Positions 25,431 to 39,325 of a DNA stretch of 64,000 nt are shown here, piece by piece. The stretch is from Auanema rhodensis (Eukaryota; Animalia; Nematoda). Under the pieces are notes generated by a model, which did not search any database, was not told the DNA's origin, and worked only from the letters and a program-made list of their open reading frames with translations. Position 1 is the stretch's first letter. Every line of letters begins with the position of its first letter. Location: the NCBI GenBank assembly GCA_964057225.1, contig OZ059897.1:16306001-16370000 (forward strand). The letters are read 5' to 3'. The translations under genes and the position numbers were made by a program.

Positions 25431-27312
25431 TTAATCAAAAGGCACCATTTGCTCACAATCCAATCGTAGTTGACGAACTTTGGAGTGAATTCCATCATCT
25501 CGATCCTCCTCCAGATGTTCAGTTGAAGATGACTTTCTGTATTAAATTATTTATTAGAAAAACATCTGCATATTTTACCGATGATGTCTAGCTTCTCCAT
25601 CAAATCCTGTCCTAAGTTCATCCGTCAGACAAGCAATAAGAGTCCTCCAAGCTCTAGCAGCTTCTCTGGTCTTCTAAGCATGGATGTCAGAAAATTTTTA
25701 AAAGTTAAAGTTTTAATTTTCTTAAGTATTTTTTTCGAAATCATACAAATAATTCCAATTTTATTGGTTTAGACAAAGATTATTACCTGGACAGATTCAT
25801 GCGTACAAATCCGTTCCATAGCAATTTCCCCTAATCTTTCCCATATATCGCTGAAATGCAGAAGTTGCTGAATAGAAAGTCAAAGAAAAATATTTTTACC
25901 GAAAAATCTCTTATTCTCTCTTACTTTCTCTATTACTCTTTCACTTTCTCTAGCAGAATGAAAAAGGAAAATAATTAGAGTTAAGGCTAAAAATTGCACC
26001 AGAACTGCACTTTACTGGAACTTTTTTTTCGGATTTATAAGTGAAAGTTCAAGGAAAATATGCGACAAGAAAGGTATAAACATGAGTCAGTTATTTCCTG
26101 TCATGCATATATATACTCTGGTTCTTATTTATTAGAGGAAATTCTCAAAGAAAGGTAAAAAAAACCTGGAGAACGAGCATGTTTTGGCAAGAATTGCATG
26201 CGAGGACCCGATCCTCTTGATACGGTCAATGCATTCAGCGTCATCATCTAAAACTGACAGAAGCTCATCAAAGAACCTGAAATAAAAATGAATTAAAGAA
26301 AAGTATTCTTGAAAAGACACAATTTTCTAAGCATAAGTCTAATAAAATTCCAAATTGAAAAATGAATTTTCAGATGATCTACCTAATTAGAAGCTTAGTA
26401 TGTGCTTCAAGAGTTGCGACATTTTCTTCTTCCTTGTTGAATGCGTCAACTAGAGCAGCTTTATAGAAAATCTAAATTTAAATTTTCAAAAATTTTTTCA
26501 TACCAGCACCAAACCTGTTTAACTTTGGGAGAAGCAATCTCAAGTTCCAACAAAATTTTTCGAAATGTAGCTCCCGCTTGTGGACGCATGAGACGCCATG
26601 ACATTGCCAATGCTTGTTTTTGGCTGAATGACAAAGATGATATAGATCCCATAGCTCCTGAAAATTTGGAATTTGCAGGTTTGCGAAGTGAATGTAAAAT
26701 GGATGAGAGATATCTTAGGATGAAAGACCAAGATGTTCCTTAAAAGATTTCTCGATGAATGACGCCATGTGCTTTGTCAATGTTTGAAAAATTACAATCA
26801 GAAGACTGATGGAATAGTAAAAACCAATTATAGCAAATTGTTGAAGTCATTCTAACAAAAATTTTTGGCCTTCTTTCATTTAACCATTTAATTTTTTTTA
26901 ATTAAAGAAAATGAAAATCTAAAATATAGATTTCAAAATTTTTATACAACTTTCTTTTATTTAACAATCATTTCAATTAAATGCTCAAAATATTTATTGA
27001 GTCAACAATACCTCTTCTTTGGGACTTTGATCGGCTAACCCTACTTCCCTTTCGAGCAAATCCATTGGCGCCTAAAACAAAGCATATAATAAAAATTATT
27101 TATTTACAATAAACTATTAAATTATAATGTGATAATCACACACCAACTAATTCAATTTAAAATTTTTAGTTTTTAAATAATCTCATATACTTTATGGTAT
27201 TATTTGTTGGGCTACCTGTACATTTTCGTATAACCGGGCTTTCTTCTTGAACCGTATAAGATCTGTTATATTTGGCCCGTCTATATGAAGCTGAGTTTGT
27301 GTCTGTTGCCAT
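25431..27312 (-). CDS. Nematode globin (GLB family) with N- and C-terminal extensions, proximal-start isoform
   Basis: Exons 27312-27216, ~27071-27011, 26657-26515, 26471-26383, 26276-26166, 25850-25787, ~25673-25578 and ~25537-25431 give LSFSQKQALAMSWR (A helix), PKVKQIF (C/CD1), LEAHTKLL (E7 His), RIGSSHA (F8 His), IWERLGE and AARAWRTL. Confidence 0.88.
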
Positions 27313-29449
27313 GTTTCTAAAACCTTGAATTTGGTAGAGATAATTCAAAGGGAAATAAAAACCGAGGCTACTGAATAAGAACAAATGAGGCGAACAAGAA
27401 ATATAGAATATATTCATAGGTAAAGTCAATTTTGAATGCATTTCTTAGCATCTCATACTTTTGAGCAGAAGCTGGTTGCATGTACTTTGAAATCATGTCT
27501 TAAATACACTGATTGAAATCCAATTTTATCAAAATTCAAACATATGTTTCTCGAAAACTTAATATCTTGGAAAACTTTGAACTTGTCATCCCAGTTGAAT
27601 TTAAATTGAGAATGAGTCTTTCTTGGTAGATAGAAAATTAATTAGAGTACAATAAAAAAGAAAAAGAAACAGGAAGTCCTAATGGTCATTCTTTATTATT
27701 TTCTTTGGTTCGCTTCTTCATTTTATTAACTGAGAAAACCTTCTTTTGACGTTCCATATAAAAGAAAAGTTTTTTTCGTTCTAGCAAACTAAAGAAATTA
27801 AAAAAAAAACTGCCAAGTCGTTAGCTTAAGATTAGCTGCTCATAATGGTATGACCCAAGAAAATGTCTCTCTAGCTATACTCTGTCACTCTGGCATGACT
27901 ACTTCTTTTCTATCATAGTTTTCCCGTTATCTCTCCTCCCATTCTTTGTCTTCTCTTCTAATTGCCAAAATTGATCTCATAAGTATCAATTCCCCATCGA
28001 AGAACGGCCATCTATGTGAGGTCGTTGTCCGACCATACATCGAACTGAATACATCGAACTTCGAATGGCTAGAAAATGTGAGCTCCCTGCTTTGGCCATG
28101 TTACTTATCAGTTTCGGACGCATAGTCTTCGTTCTGGCTCATTTGAACACCACCTTTACGTAATAACTCTGCTTCAATGCGTATCCCAATGTGTTTGGTG
28201 TCATGTACATTTTTTAGTGGCTTCATAATTCACTGAACTATTCCTCGTCGAAGGAATCAATTCCGTTATTTATGTTAAGCCATATATCTACACATCTGAA
28301 AGCGTTACTGCATAAGATGTAGGTGGTGCTGCTCAAGCGGAACAAGACAGCAGGCAAGAACTCTGCTCGTGCTGAACCGTTATAACAACTTAGGCCGTCC
28401 GGCAATATTTATTACAAAAGTATGAAAATACAGAAAGTAAAGTTTGTAGTATCGCGAAATGTAGTCAATCATATCATCTACTGTAACCTTTGATTTGTCG
28501 GACAACGTTATTAAACACCAGTTAATATGAAAGCATGATATCACAGGTTCCAAATATTGATGATCTGCAAAGATCATTCTGTAACAGAGGCGACCTGACT
28601 CTTACTGCTACTATTCTGTGTTCTAGTACACAGTGCTCAATCTTACAGAAAATAAAAACAAAGCCCTTACTACAACAAGCCAAAGTACAACTCCCTGACA
28701 ATAGCTTATTTAACAATGCCGTTCAGATGTTCTTCCAAGCTTCCACAAAAAAAGTTTGAAAAGACAAAAACAGGAAAAGTAATTGAGACAGTATTTCAAA
28801 CTGAATAATTAATTTTACAAGGAAGGGAAGAAGGCAATTGTAACCATTGAAAGATATCATGAACATGCTATAAATGAAAATAATCCACATAAGAAAAAAA
28901 AGCTGAAATAGACAACAAGGAAATGTTCATATTATTGTTAAGAAAGTCCGTTTCTTGAAGATTTATGAAGTACTTGATCTTAATATTCTTCAAAACAACA
29001 GAAAGAAAAGTAGGCAAATTAGATCAAATTAATGAGTTGAATGCTATGAAGTCGTCTTAGAAAGCATCTTGCTATGTGAATATGCATCACAAAAACAAAA
29101 TAAACGAAAAAAACTGAATATTTTTTGGCAAAAGGCTGAGATCGAGAAAAACTTGTCGAAGAAACAGTTTCACAACCTAAGTTTGAATTGAAATAATATT
29201 AATTATAATTAATATATGCATATATTAATTTTTTTTCAAAATAGTTTTATAAACTCTAATTGAAATAAAGTTTAATTTGATATTTTAAAGAAAGCCTATA
29301 AAATGTAAAATTTTTCTTTGTTTTTGTTTTATTTGTGGATAACAAATATATATATATGTTTTAAAAACTTAATATTTATTCAATTCAGTTTAAATGCATA
29401 TATGTATAATATTTCGATATATGTATGTATATCACGTGTTTATAAAGAC

Positions 29450-29491
<42 letters not shown>

Positions 29492-31393
29492 TGTATAAAT
29501 ACTTGTTTCCGTTCTGTTGGAAAATTTAATAAAAAACAGAATAGATTAAGGGATAAAATTCACAATGCAACCGCTTGGCGCACTCTTTGGCTCAAAGAAT
29601 GACTTAACAAGCTTCACGTGAATATGACGTTAATATTAAGAGTTAAATTATATCAGATGTAATTATTATAGCATGCTCAAAAACGATAATATGACACAAA
29701 TATTAAAAGAAAAAATAACGTGAAGACTCAAGATGTAGAAATTGTCATATCATATGAGAGCATATGTTTCATTTTTCCACCCTTTTCATGAATATTTTTT
29801 GTTCGCGTTTCAACTATAGTTGAATATTTGAGTGTCAAGGGCGACTAGAAAAATGGAATGAACCATCAGCTTCAATTCTGTATAAGAGAAATAAGAGAAC
29901 TCTGGGGAGAAGTTGCATATAAAGGTTGTGCAGAAAGTGAGGCTAAGAGGTAAATTGGAAAGAAACAGAAGAAGCCGATCAGCAATAAACGAGTTCACAT
30001 CCGAAATTTGCTGACTTCAAGCACTTTAAGAGGCGTGATGAAATTTAATACGTCTTTATTTTTACTGGAATATTAGATGTTTCAAAAGTTCAATATTAAA
30101 ATAAAGGGAATCTAGTAACATTAATTCAAACCCCTATGAAAAATCATAAGATCTTTGTTTTTGTTGTAATCCACCACTGTATCATCTCCTTCACATTTTG
30201 CGAGTAAATTTTTTTGAAATAGAAATGTTCTCTTCTATTTGCCGGATAGAAGTCTATAAGATCTGAATAGGCAAGAAACAGAGAAGAGAAAGAAAAGTAA
30301 CTAAAACAGCTTGGATAATAGTCATCAAACATCAAAAGAAACTAATGTAATTTAGATTATACACACAGGAATATATGAGAAGAAGGATGTATAAAGAGAG
30401 ATATACATATATGTTGAATGTATATACGCATACATTTATATACAAATGCCTACAAATATTATTATTTGTTTATTGCATGTTGTTCTTTATTTTAAATTTC
30501 AAAATAAACAACATACTAATAATGTAAAATTGCCACCTTGCTTAATCCTGATAAGCATGTATCTTTGCTACACCTACAACTGCAGCTTATTTAGTATAAC
30601 ACAAACACATATACACAATTTGCTTCACCCTAAATTAAAAAAGCTCAGGTTTCCGTTTTTTTTCCAACAATAAACTACCAATTTAAATTATTTGGTTTTA
30701 GAACTTCATGTTCGCTAACAATTTCATCGGATCAGAAATGATCAATGTGCCTTGTTTAACAGAAGAGGAAACTTTTTAATATTCAAGTCATGATGTATGG
30801 TATATAAAATTATTGAGACTAATTAAACGAACAGCGAATCAAGAGACCTAATGTTAGAATTCTATTGGGCTTGCAATCAAGTATTAACATTTTTCATCTA
30901 TTCTCATGCTTCAATGCTGTTTGGAAATGTAATTTCACTGAAGAAATGGTGAGGATAGCAAGTAGATGGAAGCTTGAAAAAGACTCAAATAAACGCATGC
31001 ATGCAATAGCATAAAACTGAGGAAAAAAGCGAAGAAAGATAATGTGATGCTGTTCTAAAACCATGATGTTTATTTTTAGGAAATTACTTCCTAACGAAAA
31101 AATAAGGAAAAAACTGAATTTTAAAGTGAAAGAAAGATAGAGACTAATACTTAGAACGGGAAAGATAGAGCACGAGAGAAAGAGAAAGGAATAGACCGAA
31201 AGGCGACAAGAAGACTAACTTCAGAATTACCCGAAGAGAGACTAAGTGAGAAAAATGGAAAAGAATAATGCAGGAGGACGTAGACTTATATTTAACATGA
31301 GGGGTAGGTAGGAATAGAATCCAATGAAGTCAGGATGATCCAGATGTTAGATAAGTTTCAAAATATATATCTCGTATCCAATAACATTATACA

Positions 31394-31424
<31 letters not shown>

Positions 31425-33215
31425 TGGAAGTATATTATATAACAGCAATAGTATAAAGAACTCCAGAAAACTCAAAAACGCTGGCATATAAGGTTTTCCA
31501 ATTTGTTAAGCAGATTCGTATAATAAAAAAACTTTTATATCCTACGTAAAACATAAGATGATTTTTGAATGATCTATATGAGCCCTGATTTTTCTTCGTT
31601 TATCTTAATTATTTTATTTAAAAGTTGTAAATAGTCTGACAAAGAGTTTCCAAAATAAATTCTAGACATAGTAGTAAGAAATTCATCTCAATTTAATTAT
31701 ATATTGGAAATAATTGAAGTGGAAAAATAGAGTTAGTAAGCTGTAAAAAAATCTGTCACTGAATTAATATTAAAAATGAAGTTATTTTTGGATAAATAAC
31801 ATGAAACAGTTTGTAGTTTTGTGAATTAATGAACAGAAAGTTTGAGTGAGAAAGGTGTTTAATCGAAATAATCTTCATTTTGGCGAAATGTTTCAAAGAT
31901 GAACGCACAAAAGACCATACTGATATTAAATAAATATATCAAATATAAATTTTTCTGAGAAAATCCTCTATTTAGAAGGATAAGAATGGGAAACGAATCA
32001 AAAACAACCATAACAAAAGATTTAAAGTTTTTAGATCGTTTCAGATTTTCCAAACATTTCAAATATTGAAAGATTTCAAGTAAAATTATCAGTCTTAATA
32101 GAAGCTTTGACACTTGAAGACACATGAAATAGACAATATTACTATTTGTAGATGTTTTTGATATTCCTTTCGCTTATGCATGATAGAGAATTCAAGAGAT
32201 ATTTGAAACAAGGCAACAAGCTCATTATTAGCGACAATGCTCCAGAAACATTTCAACTTCTCTGTCTGATTACTATTATTTCTTTATTCTAAGCTATATT
32301 TAGAGGAAAATAGCTTCTTTCATCTCTTTCGCTTTTTTAGTTTTTCTCTAATATATGTATGTATAGCTATTTTCTTTTCTTTTTTTCAAACTACTAAAGT
32401 ATGTTACTTTATTCAAGACAACTATCTATATCTATAAATCATACTCTTACTATCTCCACATCATTAATATTAAAAATATCCTACAATTGTATTTTTCTTT
32501 ACATTTTTAAAAAATCTGTGTAAAAATTTTTAATATTATTAGAAGACAAACTATTAGAAATAAATTATGATGATGTGAAGACAAGGAACTAGAATCAAAT
32601 AAAATAGAATTTTCATTTCATTTCAAAACTTTAATTGTTTTTCCATTTTTCTAACTTTGAATCATTTATTGAATAGAAAATAATTCAGATCTAAAATTCA
32701 AATTTATTCGTATATTCTATAAAATGTTCTAGGTTGCCCTTAATGTACACTGAAAATTTCATGATTACATCAAACAAAAGGTTTAAAAAAATGATGAATA
32801 TAAGAAAGTTATAATATGTATGGGAGAATGAATTCTATTTTTAAATATGAATGAAATCATAAATCACTGAAAACAAACATTTTCATTTTAAGTCAATTAT
32901 TCTTGAGCTCTATATCTATCAAGTTTAATAAGCTTCAACTATAATGCAATGTGTTTGTGTTCAATGAAAAGATTCTTGCACTTTATCCTTTTTTTTAGTT
33001 GAATTATATTCAATAAATATGAAAAAATGTATTGAAACTCAAATTTCAATTATTATAATATAATATACTGTAAACTTATTAATTGATCATATAAAAATAA
33101 TTATATAATTAATTTAACAAATTTATATTTATATTAGAATACTGTATTTTGCAAATTTATTAATTGCTATCAATTTTATAATATATTTATATCTATAAGT
33201 ATGTATATAACCTAC

Positions 33216-33285
33216 TTTTGGTTGTCACGCGACACGATTGAGTTCTTCGAAAGTTGAAAGCTGGTGAAGATTGTGGTTCTTCCAT
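33216..33285 (-). CDS. Candidate distal alternative first coding exon of the globin gene
   Basis: TTTCAG acceptor 10 nt before the ATG; MEEPQSSPAFNFRRTQSCRVTTK; phase-1 donor A|GTAGGT is compatible with the phase-1 exon at ~27071. It is a GC-richer island in extremely AT-rich DNA. Confidence 0.6.
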
Positions 33286-33990
33286 AATTCAAATTCTGAA
33301 ATCAAATATATATTATTTTATATATTGAGATATGTTATAAAAGTTTCACAATCATTATCTGAGAATAATGTCAGAAGCTTTATATTTACATAATTTACAC
33401 GAGATACATAAGAGAGTAGGAATTTGCTTTAAACAATAAAATTTTCAATAATGTTTGCAATGTGGCAATTATTTTAGATTTGAGTTGCTGAGGCAGAACA
33501 ACACAAAAGTTATTCATTTGATAGAATAATAAAATATATATAATTGTGAAATAATAGAAAACAACAATGAAAACTGTGTATGAAACAAGAAAAATTCTAA
33601 ATTTTTCTCCGATTGTTTGCTAAAATATGAAGAAAGAGAAGTGTTTATTTTTTTTCGGAAGCATTAGAGTGACTACGAAACAGAAACTAGGAAATCAGAT
33701 AAGGTGTATTGGGGTTTCGTATAAGGACCAATCTGAAAATTTTCTTGAAGCAACAATTGAAATTTTTTCAGTTACATAATCATAAATTTTTTCTTCAATA
33801 TATATGCATACATTAGATGTAACTTTAGTATTTATACAATATTATGAAAAACAATAATTATACCAATTCATTCAAATAAATGTATTATATATTTTGAAAA
33901 GTAAATTAAAAAAAAAACAAAAATGTTAAATTTATGAATTTGATACCAGTTATAAAATTTATGAAAGATAATTATTACTAAATAAAAACT

Positions 33991-34004
33991 ATTTCCATGG
34001 TAAC
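33991..34004. promoter_or_regulatory. X-box (RFX/DAF-19 site) match
   Basis: ATTTCCATGGTAAC fits the consensus RTHNYYWTRRNRAC at all positions. Confidence 0.45.
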
Positions 34005-36311
34005 TTTTTCATATTTTAGATGAAAAACGTAAATAAACGCGAACTTCAATCATAACAATGACTTTAAAAAAATTATTATTTTTGATTATCTTTTAAAACG
34101 TCTTCCTGAAATTTTTTGTTCAGCAAAAGTAAATTATCACAAATTATTCGAAAAAAAAGGGAATATAGTTGAAGCTTAATGCTAGATCAAAAAATTTTAG
34201 AATAAACCTGCAGATTGAAAACGCGATGGAAGAAAATGTATAAAAGCCACTAACACCCAAGAGGACATGTCTATGAGCGTGGATTCCAGCTGTGGGTAAC
34301 TTCTACTACCAAGCAACAGAGTTCAAATCTCTTCATCGCTACCCTTGCTCTTTCCCTATCTATCTCATTCTCTCTCCTTCTCTCTTTCCTCTATTAATCT
34401 TTCCAGTCACCCCTATCTATATTGAAAATACTCTTCGCTTTTTTTCAACTATTGTTCTCTATATCACTATATATACTATATATACATATATATATGCATA
34501 TATCAAAATGATAATAAAATATAAACTATAGACAAATTATTTGATTAAAAAACCTCATTCAAGTTTCGGAAGAATGAGGTTCTTTTTCACCATATGTTTC
34601 CATTCCAAAACGCTTATATGCAGTGAAAAGCTAAGTAATATGTAGGACACGATCTTGCAAGGCATAATAAAAAATTTTAAAAAAATTTTAAAAATAGGAA
34701 ATAATACATACAATAGTTGAATTATTCTGAATAATTGAAAGATTCACAGCTAATTTTCCCAAACAAATAATGATGAGATTATTTACGAATATGATTTGAG
34801 AGAAACATAATGAATATTGGATTAGGTGAAAAAATTAATTTGAAAATAAAAAAAAATTACTGAAAGCACATATGTATATTACCATCTTTCTTTGTTTCTA
34901 TATTCTATGTAGATAGTTTTTGATTTCTTCGCTCTTAACGATGTCTGAAAATGACGATGAAGATGTAGATATGGCTGTTCTCTCTTTACACAGGACATGG
35001 GACAAAGTAATTTCCTAATATGAGCAATCACGCGAATACATGGTCTTTTGAGCAAGAAAGAAGATGTATGGAAGCAGCTATATTGTGACGGAGAAGAAGA
35101 GGTGGGTACATACACGACCATGACTAAGGACAATAATTATGTTCAAAAGCTTAACCTGCAGAAGAATTTTAGCGATAAAATGAATAGTAGTACTAGGGAA
35201 CATATGACAATCATATTCCGAATGCAACTGGAATAATCTTAGATCAGAGATTGGTATATGTGATTTGAACTGTTGAAGACATTATTTTCTTGAAGAAAAG
35301 GATAAGCATAAGCATTATGCTATGCAGACAAACAGTGAAGGAAACTGAGATTGAAAACCCAATGAGATTGTGAGGTCAACAAAGATATTTCAAATAAGAA
35401 GATGTAGTGTCATCTTCGTCGCATTTACGAAGCTGGTTGTATCACATTGTTCTCTTATGTGTTCGTACGGAAAGTACAGAAAACGAAAAATAATAACGAA
35501 CGGAAATAAAAAAAGAAAAGTTTTAAAAAAAAAGAAAAAAGAGGAAACGAGAAACGAGAACGTTAAGCAAGAAAATGTTCATGTTTGAAGCACAAACCCA
35601 TTTGAAGTTCTCAAGCCAACATGATAGCTATTTCGAATATATTCGAACAATTTTAAAGGTGAAAGGTTGTTAACAGGCATAATTATTCACAAAATGAGGA
35701 TGAAGAATAAAATATTTGAACAGGGAAGAGCTGATTTTCAAAGAATATTTTGACATGATGGCTCTAAATAGTAACTAAACTAATTAAAAATAAGGCAAAA
35801 TGCAGAAATAGCAGTATGTGCGCAATTTTTTGGTTACAACCTAATTGAATTAAGCTACAATTTCTACTTCATTCTATTTTATTGCTTTGTCATTATTCGT
35901 ATGAATAATTTTAATAAAAAAATATTAAGAAATATGATTTTTCTTTTACGAAATCACCTTAATACAATCTGAATATCGGATAAGATGTTGGGTATAAAAT
36001 TTCTTCCGTATAGAATCATAAAGTAAAAAATGTATTTCGGCAACATCATGAAAAGTTATAACTAAAAGTAAACGCTTAAAAGATCAATCTGAAAGATTGC
36101 CATACACGAAAACGAAAAACTACCCATACATATATAAATGTGTATATTTGAAAATGCAACAGGAGTATGTATATGTGTATAGCGGATTTATTCGTTTTGC
36201 CTTGAAAATAAGGATTGATTAACTAATTTGAGGAGAATGGTCATGAAACTAGAGCAAACCACCACTCGAATCCTTACTGATTCGCAACATCAGAGGCCTA
36301 TATTTAGAATG

Positions 36312-36395
36312 AACATCTTGGTGATGACGCGGAAAAGCCTTCATAGGTTAGTTTAAACACTCACTGCTTGTTGAAACAGATGTCTGAACGATGTT
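36312..36395 (+). ncRNA. Possible box C/D snoRNA
   Basis: GTGATGA (36321-36327) and CTGA (36384-36387) flanked by complementary AACATC/GATGTT. No target identified. Confidence 0.25.
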
Positions 36396-39325
36396 GCAAT
36401 GTAGAATTTTGGAAATTTAGAAAAATCCCACAGATGAGAGCAAAATGAAGAAAATACGAGGTAACATCGAAATGGCAGAGTAGGCTAAACGGTTTCTGAA
36501 GAAAGGCACTCATAAGTTGTTAACTATTAGAGACAATGTTTCCGATTCAGAAAACTTATTGTGAAGTAGAGCATAGAGTCTGGAAAGTAAGAAAATGTCC
36601 CTTATACATGATGGCATACTTCCTCCTTCTCTCTTCACCTTTTACTAGCTTTTTTTCTTCTTAACTTTTTATGTCTTTTATTCTCTTAAACTTATATGAG
36701 AAAATATTTGACTAAGTTTTTTTTAAATTTTACATAGCTTACAGCTCTGCAGTGGTGCTATTTTAAAATCGCTTAGAGAAAAGAATAAGATATCAGAACA
36801 AAGCCAAAAAGAAAACAAATTTCTTGTTCTTTGTTTGCATGCATCAGATTTGCAACAATGTATTCCAAAACTAAACGAAATATTCTAAAAATGGAAGAGA
36901 GGATGATGTGATAAAATGATTGAATCATTGCCCGAAAGCATTGATGGATATCAGTCTATGAAATTAAAGATGGTAAGTTTAATTAAATAATGAAAGAATC
37001 AATAAAGTAATAAACAAAATTATGACCAACAATAGAAATAGAAATATATGTATACTTAACACATAAAATTGAAATGATCCGAACAATTTTAAAATTACAG
37101 CTAATTTACTATAATATTGATGATTACAGTGTAAAAAAGTCAAAATATTCTTACATCAACAACTTTTTTATCTTTGCGTTATCTTTTGTACTCAGTCCAA
37201 TACTTCAATAACGCCTGATATGCAGTATATCATGAATAATTAATTATGGTCTAAATGTGTATCATGATGTGAGTAAAGTGAGCAGACTGATGTTAGAGAG
37301 CAGATGAGTAACAAGGAAACGAAATCTGGGCAGAAATGAGAAAGGGTAGATACAGAAGGAGAGAAAAAGAGAAAAAAAGAGACAGCTAGTGAAAGACAAG
37401 AGGGGATAGAAGAAGAAGCACAAGAAAAGAAGCGAGAAATAGAATGTTTGAATAATATAACTTGGATATGTTATAGCATAGCTTCTGTTAAGAACATTGT
37501 TGAAGAATATAAGGTAGAATTTGAAAAATATTAATGCCAAAAAACAGTCAGTATGTTGAAAGTTTATGTAATAAGTTATATATCAAGATACAAAGATGAT
37601 ATAACATGAAACCAAAAAATGAAATTATAAAAACTTTATTTGAATAGAAATGAATGTTCTAAGATTCTTTCTTTTTTTTAAATAAATTGCACTCTAATTG
37701 AAAAAGGAATTAGCACCGCCTTGTTTCTATCCGACTTTGCTGCATTTAATTGGAACTAAAAACGCGATAGAAGATGCCCTAAGGACATGGAACTGAGAAG
37801 TCATGTACAATTAACATGAAAATTTGTTAGAAGTTTTTAACTTATGAAAAGCTTGAAGTATAAAGAAAAAAGCTTGGAATAATTGTGAAAGCAGGACTAC
37901 TGGAAACGAACTCAATAAAACGATTTAAAATTAATTAATTACTGCAAATTAATAATAAATTTTAAGTGAGATATTGAAATTTCACATTTGTATCGTGAAT
38001 TATACAAGAAGTTTATCGTGCATTTAGTATTATAGCCTCATGAAACCTTGCATATTTTTCTCAACCGATCGTTATGAATGTCAAAAAGAAAATAAATCAA
38101 CGTAACAAATACGGATCACACGGGATTTATTCATTTTAGCAAAATTTAAACAATATCACATCTGATTGTATGGTGTAATTATACCCTTTTTTATTTTTAT
38201 GCTATCTATGCTTCTGCTTCAGCACTCAACTCATCACACACAGCTTTTCACTTTACAAAAAAAGAAATGTTTGAACGAATAAGAGTTTTTTTAAATCTAA
38301 TTCTCATTAACAATCATTATATTCATTTACACAACGCATTTTTCTATTTATTTTCTTAACGACTCATAAAAACATGAATAGATTCACTTGTTGTAAAACT
38401 AAATATAGCTAATGAAATATTTATCTCTTTCATTTTATGGAACATATTATTATCTCTGATGTTTTGCAAATTCAAGCTTTAGATATAAGAACGTGATCTT
38501 CTGAAAATCTCGCATATTTCACTCTCACAACGAAAGATCGTTGTAGAACCTACATTACCTACAATGTATGTATGTAAATTTCTAGCAATGTTAATGATTG
38601 TGAATACTTTTTTTTACTGTAAAACTTAGAACAGTTACATATAAACACTTATAAACTTAAGTTATATATATATATATATAACTTAAGACGTATAACACTA
38701 ATTTATAAATATAGTTACATATGTACGATACCGTTTTAGATTATACGACAGTCTAAAAATTAGAATATTAAATTGTTAGTTTGGGTGTCAGTGCTTTTCT
38801 CAGAATGACTATAATTCGAACACATGCGTTTAACTATAACTAAATAAATAAGTTTGATACAAAATAGAATGCTAAAAAATAATAATAAGGGAATAATTTA
38901 TTCAATAAAAGTTCAAAAAGATTTTAAAACCTATATTCTTATTATTGAGTGCAGTTTATTTACTAATACTATGAAGTTATATTGTAATGATTAAGTTCAC
39001 ATGGTGAGAAGAGCTTGTTAAAGATAGAAGTAATCCATGCTCGTCTTTTTTAAAGAGCTTAAACATCAAATTTGTTCATACTTTCATTTTCATTTTCAAC
39101 AAGAACGTTAAACATTTATATATCTTCAGATATTCTTACAAATTGTTTCAATTAAAATTTTAGAAAAAATAATATTTTAAATATAAAAAATTGTGCTTGT
39201 TTAAATAAAAAAATTAGCATAAATGTTAAAATATGCTAATTTTTAAATGTTCAAGTTTTTTGGTTACGTGAACATAACGTGAAACTGTGTTCAGAAGAGT
39301 TGTATCGAATCAGTACAAGATATAA

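Noticed and set aside
25900-25949. Purine-rich candidate cassette exon in a globin intron
   Set aside because: It is 50 nt, so it would shift the frame within the globin fold.
3396-36380. Scattered CTGTTTCA (piRNA upstream motif core) matches
   Set aside because: Only a few copies, at about background frequency, with no cluster.
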